Positions 7,469 to 17,587 of a DNA stretch of 32,000 bases are shown piece after piece (position 1 is the stretch's first letter; each line of letters opens with the position of its first letter). Made by a program: the position numbers and the translations under genes. Origin of the DNA: Candidatus Brocadia sp. (lineage in GTDB: Bacteria > Planctomycetota > Brocadiia > Brocadiales > Brocadiaceae); assembly GCA_021650915.1 (NCBI GenBank), contig CP091279.1, forward strand, positions 180,001-212,000, written 5' to 3'. Under the pieces are notes generated by a model that did not search any database, was not told the origin of the DNA, and saw nothing but the letters and a program-made list of their open reading frames with translations.

Positions 7469-7835
7469 GTAAAAAAATAAAATACCATCGGTTCATAGAG
7501 ATGCCTGACAATGCACCGGACGTGCCCAACCGGTAACAAGCCGGGGTGTTGAGACGACCATTCATAATCGTATCGTACGGCCAACCGCTCACACATTCAG
7601 TCTCCCCGAATTTCATCGTGCAAAGACAACTTGCTTTCCACCGGATACATCATACCTTCTGCGTACTTTTTATCCTCCATCCGAACAATAATGTAACCGA
7701 TGGGAAAAGGCACACTTTTTTGTCACGGTCAATACTGACAAACATATCTGCAATCCATATTTTTCCCAATCCTTCCAGAGGTCTTCCTTTTTGCTCAGCA
7801 CCGCCCAGCCCACCGAAAAACGGGGCTTCCGCCTA

Positions 7836-10523
7836 TCACCGTGGCAATAAGGACGTTTCCAGAATTTTATACCACTCATTGAAGACATCCCGACTCCTCA
7901 AATCCAGAACCCTCTGTTCGTCACCCTGTCCCTTTTCGATCTCAGGCAACCGTGCTTTATCCGATAACTGCATCTGGTCTGACTTGAATGCCTCCCACCC
8001 TCCCAGCTTATCCGCAATGTGGTATCCAAGCGCACGGTACGCCTCAAACTGCGCCTCATCAAAGAACTGGTCGGCCGTCGATTCATGGGGAAAATCCTTG
8101 TTTTTCGAATGATACTCACGGATATATTCATTTTCATCACCCGTGAGGGAAGACTTGATGTACAGGAGATACCCCGTCTCTCCGTCTCCGTAATGAATTT
8201 TTCCGGATGCACAGTGTTTGTTGGTAAATTCATTTTCATCTTTTCCCCTTCGCAGGGCATTCAGATTAATGTCAATATCGATGCTCAAATCAATGCGGGC
8301 GTACCGTATCAGCTTCGCCAAACCTCCAAAAGTCATATCCGGATCTGCCTCCGCATCGCAGGCAATGATGTATTTGCACCTGCGGCGCAGCAGTTCATAA
8401 ATACCGAGGTTTTCAATGTGACCACCATCTGAGATATTCACATATTTACTATCTTCTGTAATCCAGCCAAATAGTTCTTTTACGAGATAGTACGGCCCGA
8501 CACCTGCAAATGGACTTCGACTATTATATTTTAGGAAAAGGTGTTTAGCCTTCCTTAATTTATGGGGATTTGGAATCCAATATCCCAGTCTGATATTAAG
8601 GAGCGCCATAATAAAAACAAGCGGTTTTATGGTGGTTGTACCCATATTAGGCGCTGCCGCAGCGCCGGATATGGCCATAGCGGTTCCCAGATCCAGGTGA
8701 GAATCCGCCTTTTCCATATCTGCCGTTTTACAAAATCCCGTTTTCATACCGCCGCAAAAGTGTTTACTGAGGATAAAAAAATCCGCATTCCGATCACGAA
8801 GATTAACATCCTCGCTTCCTTGCAGATTAAGCGCCACATTGATCAGGTGATACGGCGCCTTTGTGCCTCCTCTGTTTAGATGGGAAAGTTTTTGTTCATC
8901 ATTCGGTCGGATATTGCTCTCTTTTCCCGCTGTCTGAAACAAATACGCCGGGCTTAATTGGTCCCGGTAATAGTTGTGAAAAGACGTCCTGTTTATATCC
9001 GTAATTATCCTCGTAATACCAAACACTCCCGCGGCAGTGGCAAACAACATGGCTAAAGAAATATACCCGTTCAGCAGGCACTTACATAGCATTAAGTAAA
9101 GGAGGAAAAGAATAAATGGTCCCAGCATACCCAGGAACCAGAGTGTTATTTTCCCCCGCACCTTTGAAATATTTTCAGCCACCTTTCCGGCAAATATTAC
9201 CGGAATAAAGGAAATCACCGCGGCTATTACCGTCCTTATCCATTCCATGCCTAATGCGAGATAATAGGAAAGCACCGTTACTGTGAGTTCCAGAAGCGCG
9301 CATATAAAAACCAACAAGAGTCCAATGCTGAATGTTTTATCATAGCCGGTACGACTTTTGATCTTCTGGAAAAAAAATATCTGAATGAAAAGGAAGAGAA
9401 ATACATAGCACAGATAACCAATTCCAGACACTACGGTTAAACGATACTGGTTGTAAAATGTTTTCCAGTCCAACGAGAAATTTCTTTTATTGATCTGTTT
9501 TCCTACGAATGACCACCAGTTAACGTCGCCATCAATTCCCGTCAAAACATCCCTTATCTCTTGCTTTTGTTTAAACACCCTGCCTTCCAACTGTGCCATA
9601 ACCTCAGGAGGAAGTCCCTCCGACTTTAATTTTTCCCGGGCGTTTTCTGTAATTACATAGTGTGATTGTTGTTCCACCTCATTCAATGTATTACCATACA
9701 ATAATACCGTCACTATTACCGCCGCCATAACATACGGTAAGAGCAAGAGCAGATTAATCAGTGCGCCACGCACGAAAAGAGCCGGTATCTTTAGCCAGTC
9801 GATGATGCCATTCGGCGCGATATAATTGCCATAATTTCTCAGATGTTTAAATGCCAGAGGTTCTGGCTTTCCTTTCTCGTGGCGAAAGGGAAATTCCTTC
9901 TCCCCCGGTCCGGTTTCCGGATTATTGAGCACAGAACTCAGGCATGAGCCAATATACCCACCACCAGAAACGGTCGAGAGGTAATCAACGTGTTTAAGAG
10001 CCCCATGCTCTGCAAGCACCTGCAGGACACCAAGATTAAACGTGGCAGAGCGGATACCGCCGCCCGACAGAGCTAAACCAACAAGACCGTAGCTCGTTGT
10101 TGGTTTAGCTTTTTTCATTAATTCTTTCTTTTTATCCTCGTAAATATTTTTGCAGTGTTCATATTCAGCATTTGTTTCTCTTTCCCAAAAATTCTTGCAC
10201 ACCTGCCTTATGAACAATAAAGGGTTTTTCTTTTCTTTTTCAGAAAGATTTTTTCTGCATTTCTGGAAATTCCTATAGACCTTTTTAACAAGACTTCCCT
10301 TACCTTCCTCCTCTCTCTGAAGTTTTGTTTCCAAATCATGAAGGGTTTTTCGTATTCGTATTACTTCATCCATTTTTGAAAGTTCATTTATCAGATCTCC
10401 TCTTTCCGATCTGAAATCCGCAGGAGAGAATACTTCTTTCCGCCGCGCAGCAATCTCAATTAATTCGGTGGGAAACACTTCTCTATCAAACTGTTCGCTT
10501 AAATCACGATTCTTCTTTTTCAT
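7836..10523 (-). CDS. cPLA2/patatin-like phospholipase with about 6 TM helices inserted between the Ser and Asp motifs
   Basis: Motifs present are LSGGGIRSATF (oxyanion hole, GGGxR), STVSGGGYIG (nucleophile Ser) and ISDGGHIENLG (catalytic Asp). The N-terminal 150 aa are charged and coiled-coil-like. Six hydrophobic helices lie between roughly aa 255 and 520. The track ORF starts at TTG 10550; I prefer ATG 10523, which is preceded by AGGAG 7 nt upstream. Confidence 0.8.
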   Translation of the reverse strand: MKKKNRDLSEQFDREVFPTELIEIAARRKEVFSPADFRSERGDLINELSKMDEVIRIRKTLHDLETKLQREEEGKGSLVKKVYRNFQKCRKNLSEKEKKNPLLFIRQVCKNFWERETNAEYEHCKNIYEDKKKELMKKAKPTTSYGLVGLALSGGGIRSATFNLGVLQVLAEHGALKHVDYLSTVSGGGYIGSCLSSVLNNPETGPGEKEFPFRHEKGKPEPLAFKHLRNYGNYIAPNGIIDWLKIPALFVRGALINLLLLLPYVMAAVIVTVLLYGNTLNEVEQQSHYVITENAREKLKSEGLPPEVMAQLEGRVFKQKQEIRDVLTGIDGDVNWWSFVGKQINKRNFSLDWKTFYNQYRLTVVSGIGYLCYVFLFLFIQIFFFQKIKSRTGYDKTFSIGLLLVFICALLELTVTVLSYYLALGMEWIRTVIAAVISFIPVIFAGKVAENISKVRGKITLWFLGMLGPFILFLLYLMLCKCLLNGYISLAMLFATAAGVFGITRIITDINRTSFHNYYRDQLSPAYLFQTAGKESNIRPNDEQKLSHLNRGGTKAPYHLINVALNLQGSEDVNLRDRNADFFILSKHFCGGMKTGFCKTADMEKADSHLDLGTAMAISGAAAAPNMGTTTIKPLVFIMALLNIRLGYWIPNPHKLRKAKHLFLKYNSRSPFAGVGPYYLVKELFGWITEDSKYVNISDGGHIENLGIYELLRRRCKYIIACDAEADPDMTFGGLAKLIRYARIDLSIDIDINLNALRRGKDENEFTNKHCASGKIHYGDGETGYLLYIKSSLTGDENEYIREYHSKNKDFPHESTADQFFDEAQFEAYRALGYHIADKLGGWEAFKSDQMQLSDKARLPEIEKGQGDEQRVLDLRSRDVFNEWYKILETSLLPR

Positions 10524-10549
10524 TTTTTCGCTCCTGTTCTTCGAGAGCA

Positions 10550-10580
10550 AAGAATCCGCCCGCAGAGCAGGCTGATTCTT
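10550..10580 (-). other. Intercistronic hairpin between the caspase-fusion and phospholipase genes
   Basis: The segment aagaatc (10550-10556) pairs with gattctt (10574-10580), and gcc (10558-10560) pairs with ggc (10570-10572). No U-tract follows. Function is unknown. Confidence 0.35.
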
Positions 10581-10583
10581 TAC

Positions 10584-13145
10584 TTAGTTATCCAGTGCAT
10601 TGCGTTTCACTTCAAAAAATTCTGAAATTTTTCTGTACGTCTCCGCCTGTTTAAAGTAATTAAGGTGGTAGACATGGTCTGCTGGCTGAAATGCATGGCT
10701 TAATGTCTTTTTACCTTGAATGCCTTTTGGCCAGTCAACAATCATTTTTTCTGTATCAACCACTAAATCATTTGGCGCGCCGAAAAAGGCATCGGCAATG
10801 CCGTCAATAATGTCATCCCTGACCCCACCCGCGGAAATTCCTGATGGTTCAAACTCAGACCCAATCGTGTCATACGTTACCACCCCCTTAACATCAGTAC
10901 CTTTCTTGTTTAAGGTGTTGATAAAATCTGAATGGGGATCCATTGCCCAAATCCCTGGAATTGACTGATCTTTGATTTTCTGAGAAAGGAACTTAACCAA
11001 CCCGCCAACGAGGCTAAAGAAAATTTTCATGGGCGCCCCGCCGGCGAAAAAGAAGATATTCGTTAACAGATTGACCATTTTTGACAATGAATCCCATTTG
11101 CTGGTATCTGCCAGACTGGTTCCACCCGCAGGACACGCAACCATAGTTACCCTATCTACGTATCGATATCCTTCGTCAGTAAGCTCGACCAGAGACCGCA
11201 ATACCAGCCCACCACGGCTATGCGTTATTACATCAAACTTCAAACCCACATCCGAAATACCGGATTCCTTCAATTTCATCAGCATCTCACGGGCATTCTC
11301 AAGAGGAGTTTTTGACAGGGTGAAATGGTCATATCCCAGAATGACGGGATAGGTATCCTTTAACGTCTCCAGAATTGCCGGTGGTACATCTTCATATCCG
11401 CCCTCAAGAGAACTTCCTGTGCCATGAATGAAGAGAAGCGCCTTCTTGTTGCCTTTTACCAAATCCCTGACACCATCCCAATGGGTTACCGGATCGGTTT
11501 TTGATAGTCCTTCAACAAAGCCCTTGCTGTGCTCGATCAGCTTAAAGCCTTCCTTGATTACCTTTTCTTCAAATGCCTGCAACATCTTTTTTATAGCTTC
11601 AGAACTGCCCTCCTGGAACCAGTCTTTCGTAAATTTGATAACACAAACAAGCTTGCTCCATATCCCCCGTGTAGTCCTGTTCTGCACCTTAAAAGGAATG
11701 GTAAAAAAGCTCATTGGGCGTATTTCGTCACCCATCAGCCCCTTACTTGCCCCATCATCATCCTTAAAGTGCCACGCCCATACACCGTCTTCATGTGAGA
11801 GAAGAACCGTCTCTTGTTCTGTCTCTCCGGTTTTTTTGAGTTCACCTCTAATGGCAAGTTGAATTGGTTTCAACAGTTCTTCTATACCAATAACACGCTG
11901 TTCATTCGGACAAAATTCAAGCACCTTTTCAACCTTGAAGTATTCACCGTTTTCCAGAAAATCAAGACATTCCGGATGATAAGCATCGCCAATTGCATTA
12001 CGACTGCCATCCTTTGCCTTCCGGTTTGCTATGTCGGTCAAATCCCTTACCGTTCCAATAAATTCAGATGAGGGAAGAAGAATTACATCTCTCGAAATTG
12101 CACATTTTAAATTTTTAGAGGAAATAGATATACGTCTTAATGCCCCATTATCCCCCTGGGATTTGAAATCTGATACGGGGGAGTCTGAAGAAACCGGACT
12201 CGTGTAACCTTTCGGCGGATGCCCTTCACTGCATATCAGGGGGTGCCCATGTTCACAGGTAAGTTCGGTCTTCATGGCTGCAGACAAAAACCTTGTATTT
12301 TTTAGATCTTCATTCCCGAATAATTGCGGAATTTGACTGAAGGAATTATATGCAAGACTATTTTGCACCCTTTTCACAAGTTCCTGATAGGTTATCGTTC
12401 CTCTTGTATCCCGGATTGTTTTGCAAAGGTTATAGGTAAAGGCGCCATGGTAGTCGTTACTAATAAAGGCATCGGCAGAGGTCTGGTCGTCCATACACCC
12501 CGACAGGAGGATATGCTTTGCTTTGGCGCTCGTTTCGGACGCCGTATTTTTCTTGTCTTCCTTAATTCTTGCGCCCATTCGCCGGACAGCCGCCATTCTC
12601 CGGTAGCTTCTCAATGCAACATCCGCCGGTGGCTCAATAAAACGCGGCTGGATCTTTATTTCGCCGGGAGAAATTTGCAACTGCGAAGTAAGATATGCAA
12701 GGTCCCTGGTCGCAGTTCCAGAATGACATGAATCGATACACACCGTTAAAAAAGCCCCCTTAGGTATGCGATCGATGATATCGTTAAAGTCGTCATCAAG
12801 CAGGTAGGAATCCGGATTCCTGAAATCCATATCGTGCAAACAGAGGATTTCATCCAGCGAATCTTCCAGTTCATCGCCATCGCGATCCTGTATCTGTGAG
12901 CCATGCCCTGAAAAATGGAATACCAGGATATCTCCTTCCCGGGCTTCGTCTAAAAGCCAATCAAACCGGTTCATCAGGTTATTCCGGGTAACACCCTCAT
13001 CAACAATGGTCCGAATTTCATCCGTCCGAAACCCGTAAAAACTCGTCAGAATGTCGACCATGTTGCGCACATCGTTGACACAGCCATTGAGAGGTCTTAC
13101 GTATTTATACTTGTTGACCCCCACCAACAATGCCTTTTTCCCCAT
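10584..13145 (-). CDS. Caspase-like peptidase (C14) fused to a C-terminal alpha/beta hydrolase (esterase/lipase-like) domain
   Basis: The N-terminus reads KKALLVGVNKY...NGCVNDV...FHFSGHGSQ (catalytic His) ...CIDSCHSGT (catalytic Cys). The central ~300 aa were not recognised. The C-terminus reads ALLFIHGTGSS...VITHSRGGLVLRS (nucleophile elbow variant). The ATG directly abuts the upstream gene's stop (TAG|ATG), and AAGGAGG lies 5 nt upstream. Confidence 0.8.
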   Translation of the reverse strand: MGKKALLVGVNKYKYVRPLNGCVNDVRNMVDILTSFYGFRTDEIRTIVDEGVTRNNLMNRFDWLLDEAREGDILVFHFSGHGSQIQDRDGDELEDSLDEILCLHDMDFRNPDSYLLDDDFNDIIDRIPKGAFLTVCIDSCHSGTATRDLAYLTSQLQISPGEIKIQPRFIEPPADVALRSYRRMAAVRRMGARIKEDKKNTASETSAKAKHILLSGCMDDQTSADAFISNDYHGAFTYNLCKTIRDTRGTITYQELVKRVQNSLAYNSFSQIPQLFGNEDLKNTRFLSAAMKTELTCEHGHPLICSEGHPPKGYTSPVSSDSPVSDFKSQGDNGALRRISISSKNLKCAISRDVILLPSSEFIGTVRDLTDIANRKAKDGSRNAIGDAYHPECLDFLENGEYFKVEKVLEFCPNEQRVIGIEELLKPIQLAIRGELKKTGETEQETVLLSHEDGVWAWHFKDDDGASKGLMGDEIRPMSFFTIPFKVQNRTTRGIWSKLVCVIKFTKDWFQEGSSEAIKKMLQAFEEKVIKEGFKLIEHSKGFVEGLSKTDPVTHWDGVRDLVKGNKKALLFIHGTGSSLEGGYEDVPPAILETLKDTYPVILGYDHFTLSKTPLENAREMLMKLKESGISDVGLKFDVITHSRGGLVLRSLVELTDEGYRYVDRVTMVACPAGGTSLADTSKWDSLSKMVNLLTNIFFFAGGAPMKIFFSLVGGLVKFLSQKIKDQSIPGIWAMDPHSDFINTLNKKGTDVKGVVTYDTIGSEFEPSGISAGGVRDDIIDGIADAFFGAPNDLVVDTEKMIVDWPKGIQGKKTLSHAFQPADHVYHLNYFKQAETYRKISEFFEVKRNALDN

Positions 13146-14390
13146 CTACTCCTCCTTTTTGTAAAATAACTCCCCTCTGTTGCTCGTGCCATTCCATAAT
13201 TGAAACCCTTGTACTTCATTCGACTGGTCATCAATCTTGAAGATGACATAATCAATCGATTCCTGTTGTCCAAATACGATCTGCTTTTTCTTGTATCCAC
13301 CGGGGACAATCCTTCTTCTCCAGGTGCCGGTATTTACATAATATTTTTCCTTGCCGTCCTCCACATTCAGGAGTTGGACACAACTTTCATGGGTGTGACC
13401 AAAGAGGACGTAGTCGCACTGATGTTGCTCGCACAATTTTAATGCTTCCAACGCATTCTTGTCCGTGTCTTTGATAAAATCCCGCTTGATTTCCAAAAAT
13501 TTTTCGTAAACCCGTTCCAGGGTGGTATCCGTAAAGTGCTTGAATGCTATTTCAAGTTTATCAGCATCATCGGGGAGCAGACTCCAATAGTCGTGCTTTT
13601 GCAACCACTCTTTAACAAACGCATCATGAAAGAATTTATCCGACAGTATGTTCCAGGTATCGATTAATATCTTCTGATTTTTAGGCTTCAGGGACTTCTT
13701 CACCTGGTCAATCCAGTACGGTGTCATGGTAGACGGCCTGAGATTATCGATCTCCTGAAGGGCGTCAAATACATCCGGATCATCGATAACCTTGTTAACC
13801 TCTTCGGGATATTGATTAATTAAGAGCGTTACAATTGCATCGCCTACCGGCAGTGCATTATTTTCCGTTTTATTGTATACGTCATAATTATTGCCATGAA
13901 CTGCATAGACAGGCAACCCGTCTACCCGATATTCCCAGGGAAATGGTTCGCCCTTGCTTTTTGTGTAAGAAATTCCTGAAACGTCCCGGATTTTTTCTCT
14001 CATATCCTCGTACCCTTCGCTATTAATCAGACGGTCGTGATTCCCCATGATATAGGTAATTTTCACCTTTTTTTCTTCTACGTATCCCTTTAAGGTATCA
14101 AAGACCGATTTATTTTTTTTGATCACTTTACTTAAAACCTCGTCCACCCGCTCCTTTTTTTTCTTTGAAGCTTCTGACCACGGCTGCATATCTCCTGTCC
14201 ACTGCGTCGAGCGGATTACATCGATAAAATCACCGAGGATGATAATTTCCAATTTTTTCGTGCCGCCTGCGTTGTCTACGTCACCTTGAATATCACTCCA
14301 GAATCCTTCGAGCGTACCGGCAGTAATATTATGATCGCCTGTGGTAGTATCTGACAAATGAACATCACTGAAAAAGACCTTTATCGACAT
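13146..14390 (-). CDS. Calcineurin-like metallophosphoesterase
   Basis: The ordered motifs are FFSDVHLSD, ILGDFIDV, MGNHDRL, AVHGNNYD and LFGHTHES. A GGAGAAGG SD lies upstream of ATG 14390. Confidence 0.8.
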   Translation of the reverse strand: MSIKVFFSDVHLSDTTTGDHNITAGTLEGFWSDIQGDVDNAGGTKKLEIIILGDFIDVIRSTQWTGDMQPWSEASKKKKERVDEVLSKVIKKNKSVFDTLKGYVEEKKVKITYIMGNHDRLINSEGYEDMREKIRDVSGISYTKSKGEPFPWEYRVDGLPVYAVHGNNYDVYNKTENNALPVGDAIVTLLINQYPEEVNKVIDDPDVFDALQEIDNLRPSTMTPYWIDQVKKSLKPKNQKILIDTWNILSDKFFHDAFVKEWLQKHDYWSLLPDDADKLEIAFKHFTDTTLERVYEKFLEIKRDFIKDTDKNALEALKLCEQHQCDYVLFGHTHESCVQLLNVEDGKEKYYVNTGTWRRRIVPGGYKKKQIVFGQQESIDYVIFKIDDQSNEVQGFQLWNGTSNRGELFYKKEE

Positions 14391-14620
14391 AACCTTCTCC
14401 TTCTCATTAAAGAATAGACTTAACGATTAACCAATTACCCATTTGTTGTCTTAACAGATGGTAAGATTTTTTAGGCATCCAAATTTTTCTTTCTAAAATA
14501 TTTGTTTGATGGTTCTCTCTATTTCTGCGGATGATCGTTACAGCGTATAGACACATTATCAATGGCCGCACAGAAACTTATAATTCCTTACTATCAAGAT
14601 CAAACCCCAAGCGACCGGAC

Positions 14621-15982
14621 TTATTTTTTAAGATGTGACACTCTGCCCCCCTCGTTGTTTTGAAGAATTCTCACTGCGTTTCGCAGTTGCTGAATCCATA
14701 ATGGAGTCCCAGTTCTCTCTTTCCAATTTTTAGGAAAAGACCAATACAGCGTGTGGCTGAATAGCCCCAAGCGGAGATTGGTTTTAACTGCAACATCCTT
14801 GACACCTTGCCCGAACATTGGCGCGACCGGTCCACCGATCAAATCACCCCAGAATGTCCAATGGCAAGGGAAATAGAGGTTGGTCCAGCGGGTAGGTGCG
14901 AATACCGCCGCATGGTGTGGCACCCAAACACCATCCTTCTCGAATGAAAAGGTTTTCAGCTTTAACTTTTTCACAGTCCTGTCTTCTAAGACAGGTGGAC
15001 AAGCCGGAAACTCGCGCTCTTCTTCTTTACGTACAAAATTCCGTTCGTCCCGTGCCAATAACACAGATGCGTGTGCAAGCGGGCTACCCAAAGTAACAAA
15101 ATCAGTTACCTTCCATTTATTTCCCTGACTCTGTAGCTCAGTCAGATAAGCAGATTGGATTGTTTGATACGTTTTTATGTCTAGACTTCCGGTTAAGGAC
15201 TCTCGAACCATATTTTCTAACTTATCAAGCTCTGTGTACGTGGTTGGATTTCTAGATGCAGCCATTACATGAGCATTATGATAACGTACCCAAAGATGCG
15301 TCAGGATGTCATATCCAATCACACTTCCTAAACTGTGTCCTACGACAATAATACGATCATACCTAGGTGAGGAATGCAATTTTTCCAGGAGTTGGATTCC
15401 AGCCTCACGAATCCGGCGTCGAATTTCTATATTTGGCGGGGCGACATGTAAATAACGTGCTGCATCCCCGGCATATTTGATAAGAAATCCAATGAGCAAT
15501 GAGTTAAAAATAAACCATGCAAAGCTACCTACCTTTATGACCCATAGCGAAATCGGCACGAACTTAAACACATGGTTCAAACCGGCTATTACTGCCAGCA
15601 AAAAGAGCGCGATGATCAAGTACCAAATGCCACGCAGTTGCCTGGGTACACGCCAAGGCCAGCGCAAGACCAAAACCTTGGCCCATGCGCCGACATGAGA
15701 AAGAGTCGTACCTTCCATTAAATGCGCCCAATAGAATTCAAAGAAATCCGTCCTCTTCTTGTCACGATTGTCAGCGGTAGTCAGTCGTCTGAGTTCAAAG
15801 TTGCCTGAAATTGCGTCTGGTTTGCTCAAAGCCTGGGCTGGTTTATTGGACCAGCGAAGCGACGAATCGGTAACCCATACTGCCTCAACAAACCCGCGCA
15901 GTGTGTCCATTGGTACTTGTTCGCCGATGCCGTGAATCAAGACGACTGCTTGTTTTGGTTCTGGTTTTTCCTCTTCTGCCAT
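14621..15982 (-). CDS. Membrane-embedded alpha/beta hydrolase (lipase-like, GHSLG)
   Basis: VVLIHGIGEQ lies near the N-terminus. Hydrophobic helices follow (IWYLIIALFLLAVIAGL, WVIKVGSFAWFIFNSLLIGFLI), then IIVVGHSLGSVIGYD. A perfect AAGGAGGT SD precedes the ATG. Confidence 0.75.
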   Translation of the reverse strand: MAEEEKPEPKQAVVLIHGIGEQVPMDTLRGFVEAVWVTDSSLRWSNKPAQALSKPDAISGNFELRRLTTADNRDKKRTDFFEFYWAHLMEGTTLSHVGAWAKVLVLRWPWRVPRQLRGIWYLIIALFLLAVIAGLNHVFKFVPISLWVIKVGSFAWFIFNSLLIGFLIKYAGDAARYLHVAPPNIEIRRRIREAGIQLLEKLHSSPRYDRIIVVGHSLGSVIGYDILTHLWVRYHNAHVMAASRNPTTYTELDKLENMVRESLTGSLDIKTYQTIQSAYLTELQSQGNKWKVTDFVTLGSPLAHASVLLARDERNFVRKEEEREFPACPPVLEDRTVKKLKLKTFSFEKDGVWVPHHAAVFAPTRWTNLYFPCHWTFWGDLIGGPVAPMFGQGVKDVAVKTNLRLGLFSHTLYWSFPKNWKERTGTPLWIQQLRNAVRILQNNEGGRVSHLKK

Positions 15983-16030
15983 GCTTTACCTCCTTTGTGA
16001 TAATTAACCATTAAGAACAAAGCAAACAAT

Positions 16031-17587
16031 TTATGTACTGACAGAAAAGGGGGCAAAACGTTTTATAAGCAACCAGATTAATTGCCCCATGTCTTTGTCT
16101 AAAATGTCATTATGTGCATCATTTGGTTTATTTTCACCATTGCTAGAATTACATCCATCAACTATTACACTAGCGTCAATCAGTATTACTTTTTTCTCAT
16201 CTTCTTTCGGTATTTTTGATAATTTATCCAAATCTGTTTCGTAATTGTTTGTCCATTTGATCACATGAAAGACACCCTCATTATTTTCTTTCTTTATTTT
16301 TTTATTTTTTTCTTCTTCATTTTCTTTTTTTTCTGCATAGGCCAAACCATATTTACCGCCAACATGCCGTGAACCGGTAATAAAACGTGCAGTTTGATTT
16401 GCTGTATCATACCGTGACGATGTCAATGTAAATTTGGTCTCGTAATCTTTAAATCCTGCATAAGGAGAGCCTTCCCATCCTGCGTTTGCTACGAACCTTT
16501 TTGCACTGAATGCCCCCTGTAATCCGATAAAAAGATCTGCGTGTGACTCTGAAGAACTCTTGCGCAATTCAGACTTTTCAGACTTTTCAGGTTTTATATA
16601 TTCCTTACTAATAATTGCCTGAGAAAGGATCTGCGCTCCCATGCTGTGACCGATGGCAACAATCCTGGGACTAAAATCCTCTTTATATTCTTTCTTACAA
16701 TCGGTTTGAAATTCTTCTTTCGCTGACAATACTACCTTATGAATAACCCAATTTGCAATGGTACACCCAATTTCATCAGCATCGCCTTGTTTGGTAAAAT
16801 AACTAAAAAGAAATACTGTGTTTTTTTTCAACCAATTATTTTCTATTCCAGACCAAACGCTAGGCCATGTAAAACCAATTACCAGCGGGTTAAAGGAATC
16901 GCCTTTCTCATTATGAGCAGCATTTTTAACCTTATCAAGTATTGTATTGTAGCGATATATTGATTCCTGTTGATTGTTATTCCACCCCATAGACAAAATA
17001 ATGATGTGAGAATACGGTTTTTCCTGCTTTTCCGGCTCCCTACGCCATGTATGCACTTTTTCCTTTAAATCACTTACCAGCCTTTTTTCTAAGCATTCAA
17101 GCGCCTCGTATCCATCCTCGTAGTTTAAGTCATCTTTTTTATATTCGTCATAGGCATTATACAGAAAGTATGGCTTTCTATGTGTGTTAAAAGGACTGTT
17201 ATCTGGTTCTTCAAAATATCGCGCAATATGCGTTATTAGCATTGCCGTGTCGTCACCTGTGTATCTTTTAAAATTTTTGTCTCTTTTCTTTTTCTTTTTA
17301 ATCTCAGGGTCTCCACTATTTTCTTTGGATTCAGAAAGCAGTGAAAATCGGTCCGGATAACACTCCTCCGGAATCCCTCTTAATGATTCTCTTTCCCTTT
17401 TTTCAATACCAATAAGATAACCATCGTATTCTAATGAGAGATGTGATATGCGAGCCAGGTCACTGTATGGCAAATACGTTTGTATTTTACTGTTTTTGTA
17501 AATATTTTTTGTTTGCATCTTATTAGCCGAGCATCCGGCAAGAATCAGTAGCGAGAACAGTACAAAACCAAGATTATACTTTCGCAT
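16031..17587 (-). CDS. Lipoprotein alpha/beta hydrolase (GHSMG; DUF900-like esterase)
   Basis: From ATG 17587 the N-terminus is MRKYNLGFVLFSLLILAGC, a signal peptide ending in a lipobox. The nucleophile motif is IVAIGHSMGAQI. The protein has Lys/Glu/Asn-rich low-complexity stretches, and the DNA is AT-rich. The track start at 17635 is TTG and contains the RBS, so I reject the extension. Confidence 0.7.
   Translation of the reverse strand: MRKYNLGFVLFSLLILAGCSANKMQTKNIYKNSKIQTYLPYSDLARISHLSLEYDGYLIGIEKRERESLRGIPEECYPDRFSLLSESKENSGDPEIKKKKKRDKNFKRYTGDDTAMLITHIARYFEEPDNSPFNTHRKPYFLYNAYDEYKKDDLNYEDGYEALECLEKRLVSDLKEKVHTWRREPEKQEKPYSHIIILSMGWNNNQQESIYRYNTILDKVKNAAHNEKGDSFNPLVIGFTWPSVWSGIENNWLKKNTVFLFSYFTKQGDADEIGCTIANWVIHKVVLSAKEEFQTDCKKEYKEDFSPRIVAIGHSMGAQILSQAIISKEYIKPEKSEKSELRKSSSESHADLFIGLQGAFSAKRFVANAGWEGSPYAGFKDYETKFTLTSSRYDTANQTARFITGSRHVGGKYGLAYAEKKENEEEKNKKIKKENNEGVFHVIKWTNNYETDLDKLSKIPKEDEKKVILIDASVIVDGCNSSNGENKPNDAHNDILDKDMGQLIWLLIKRFAPFSVST

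Noticed and set aside
7490-7835. Short broken frames on the minus strand downstream of the phospholipase gene, for example ...FPIGYIIVRMEDKKYAEGMMYPVESKLSLHDEIRGD and ORF 7670..7888
   Set aside because: These could be a decayed gene remnant. However, the frames are interrupted, no family was recognised and no start or RBS is convincing, so the region is left unannotated.
7546-8432. Plus- and minus-strand ORFs (7546..8112, 7898..8260, 8019..8432) overlapping the phospholipase gene
   Set aside because: They are alternative or antisense frames within a CDS that has strong family motifs. Their sequences are low-complexity and unrecognisable.
10524-10550. TTG-initiated 9-codon extension of the phospholipase ORF, and the similar TTG extension of gene B at 17588-17635
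   Set aside because: In both cases an ATG with a good Shine-Dalgarno sequence lies inside the extension. For gene B, the ATG start also gives a canonical lipoprotein signal peptide.
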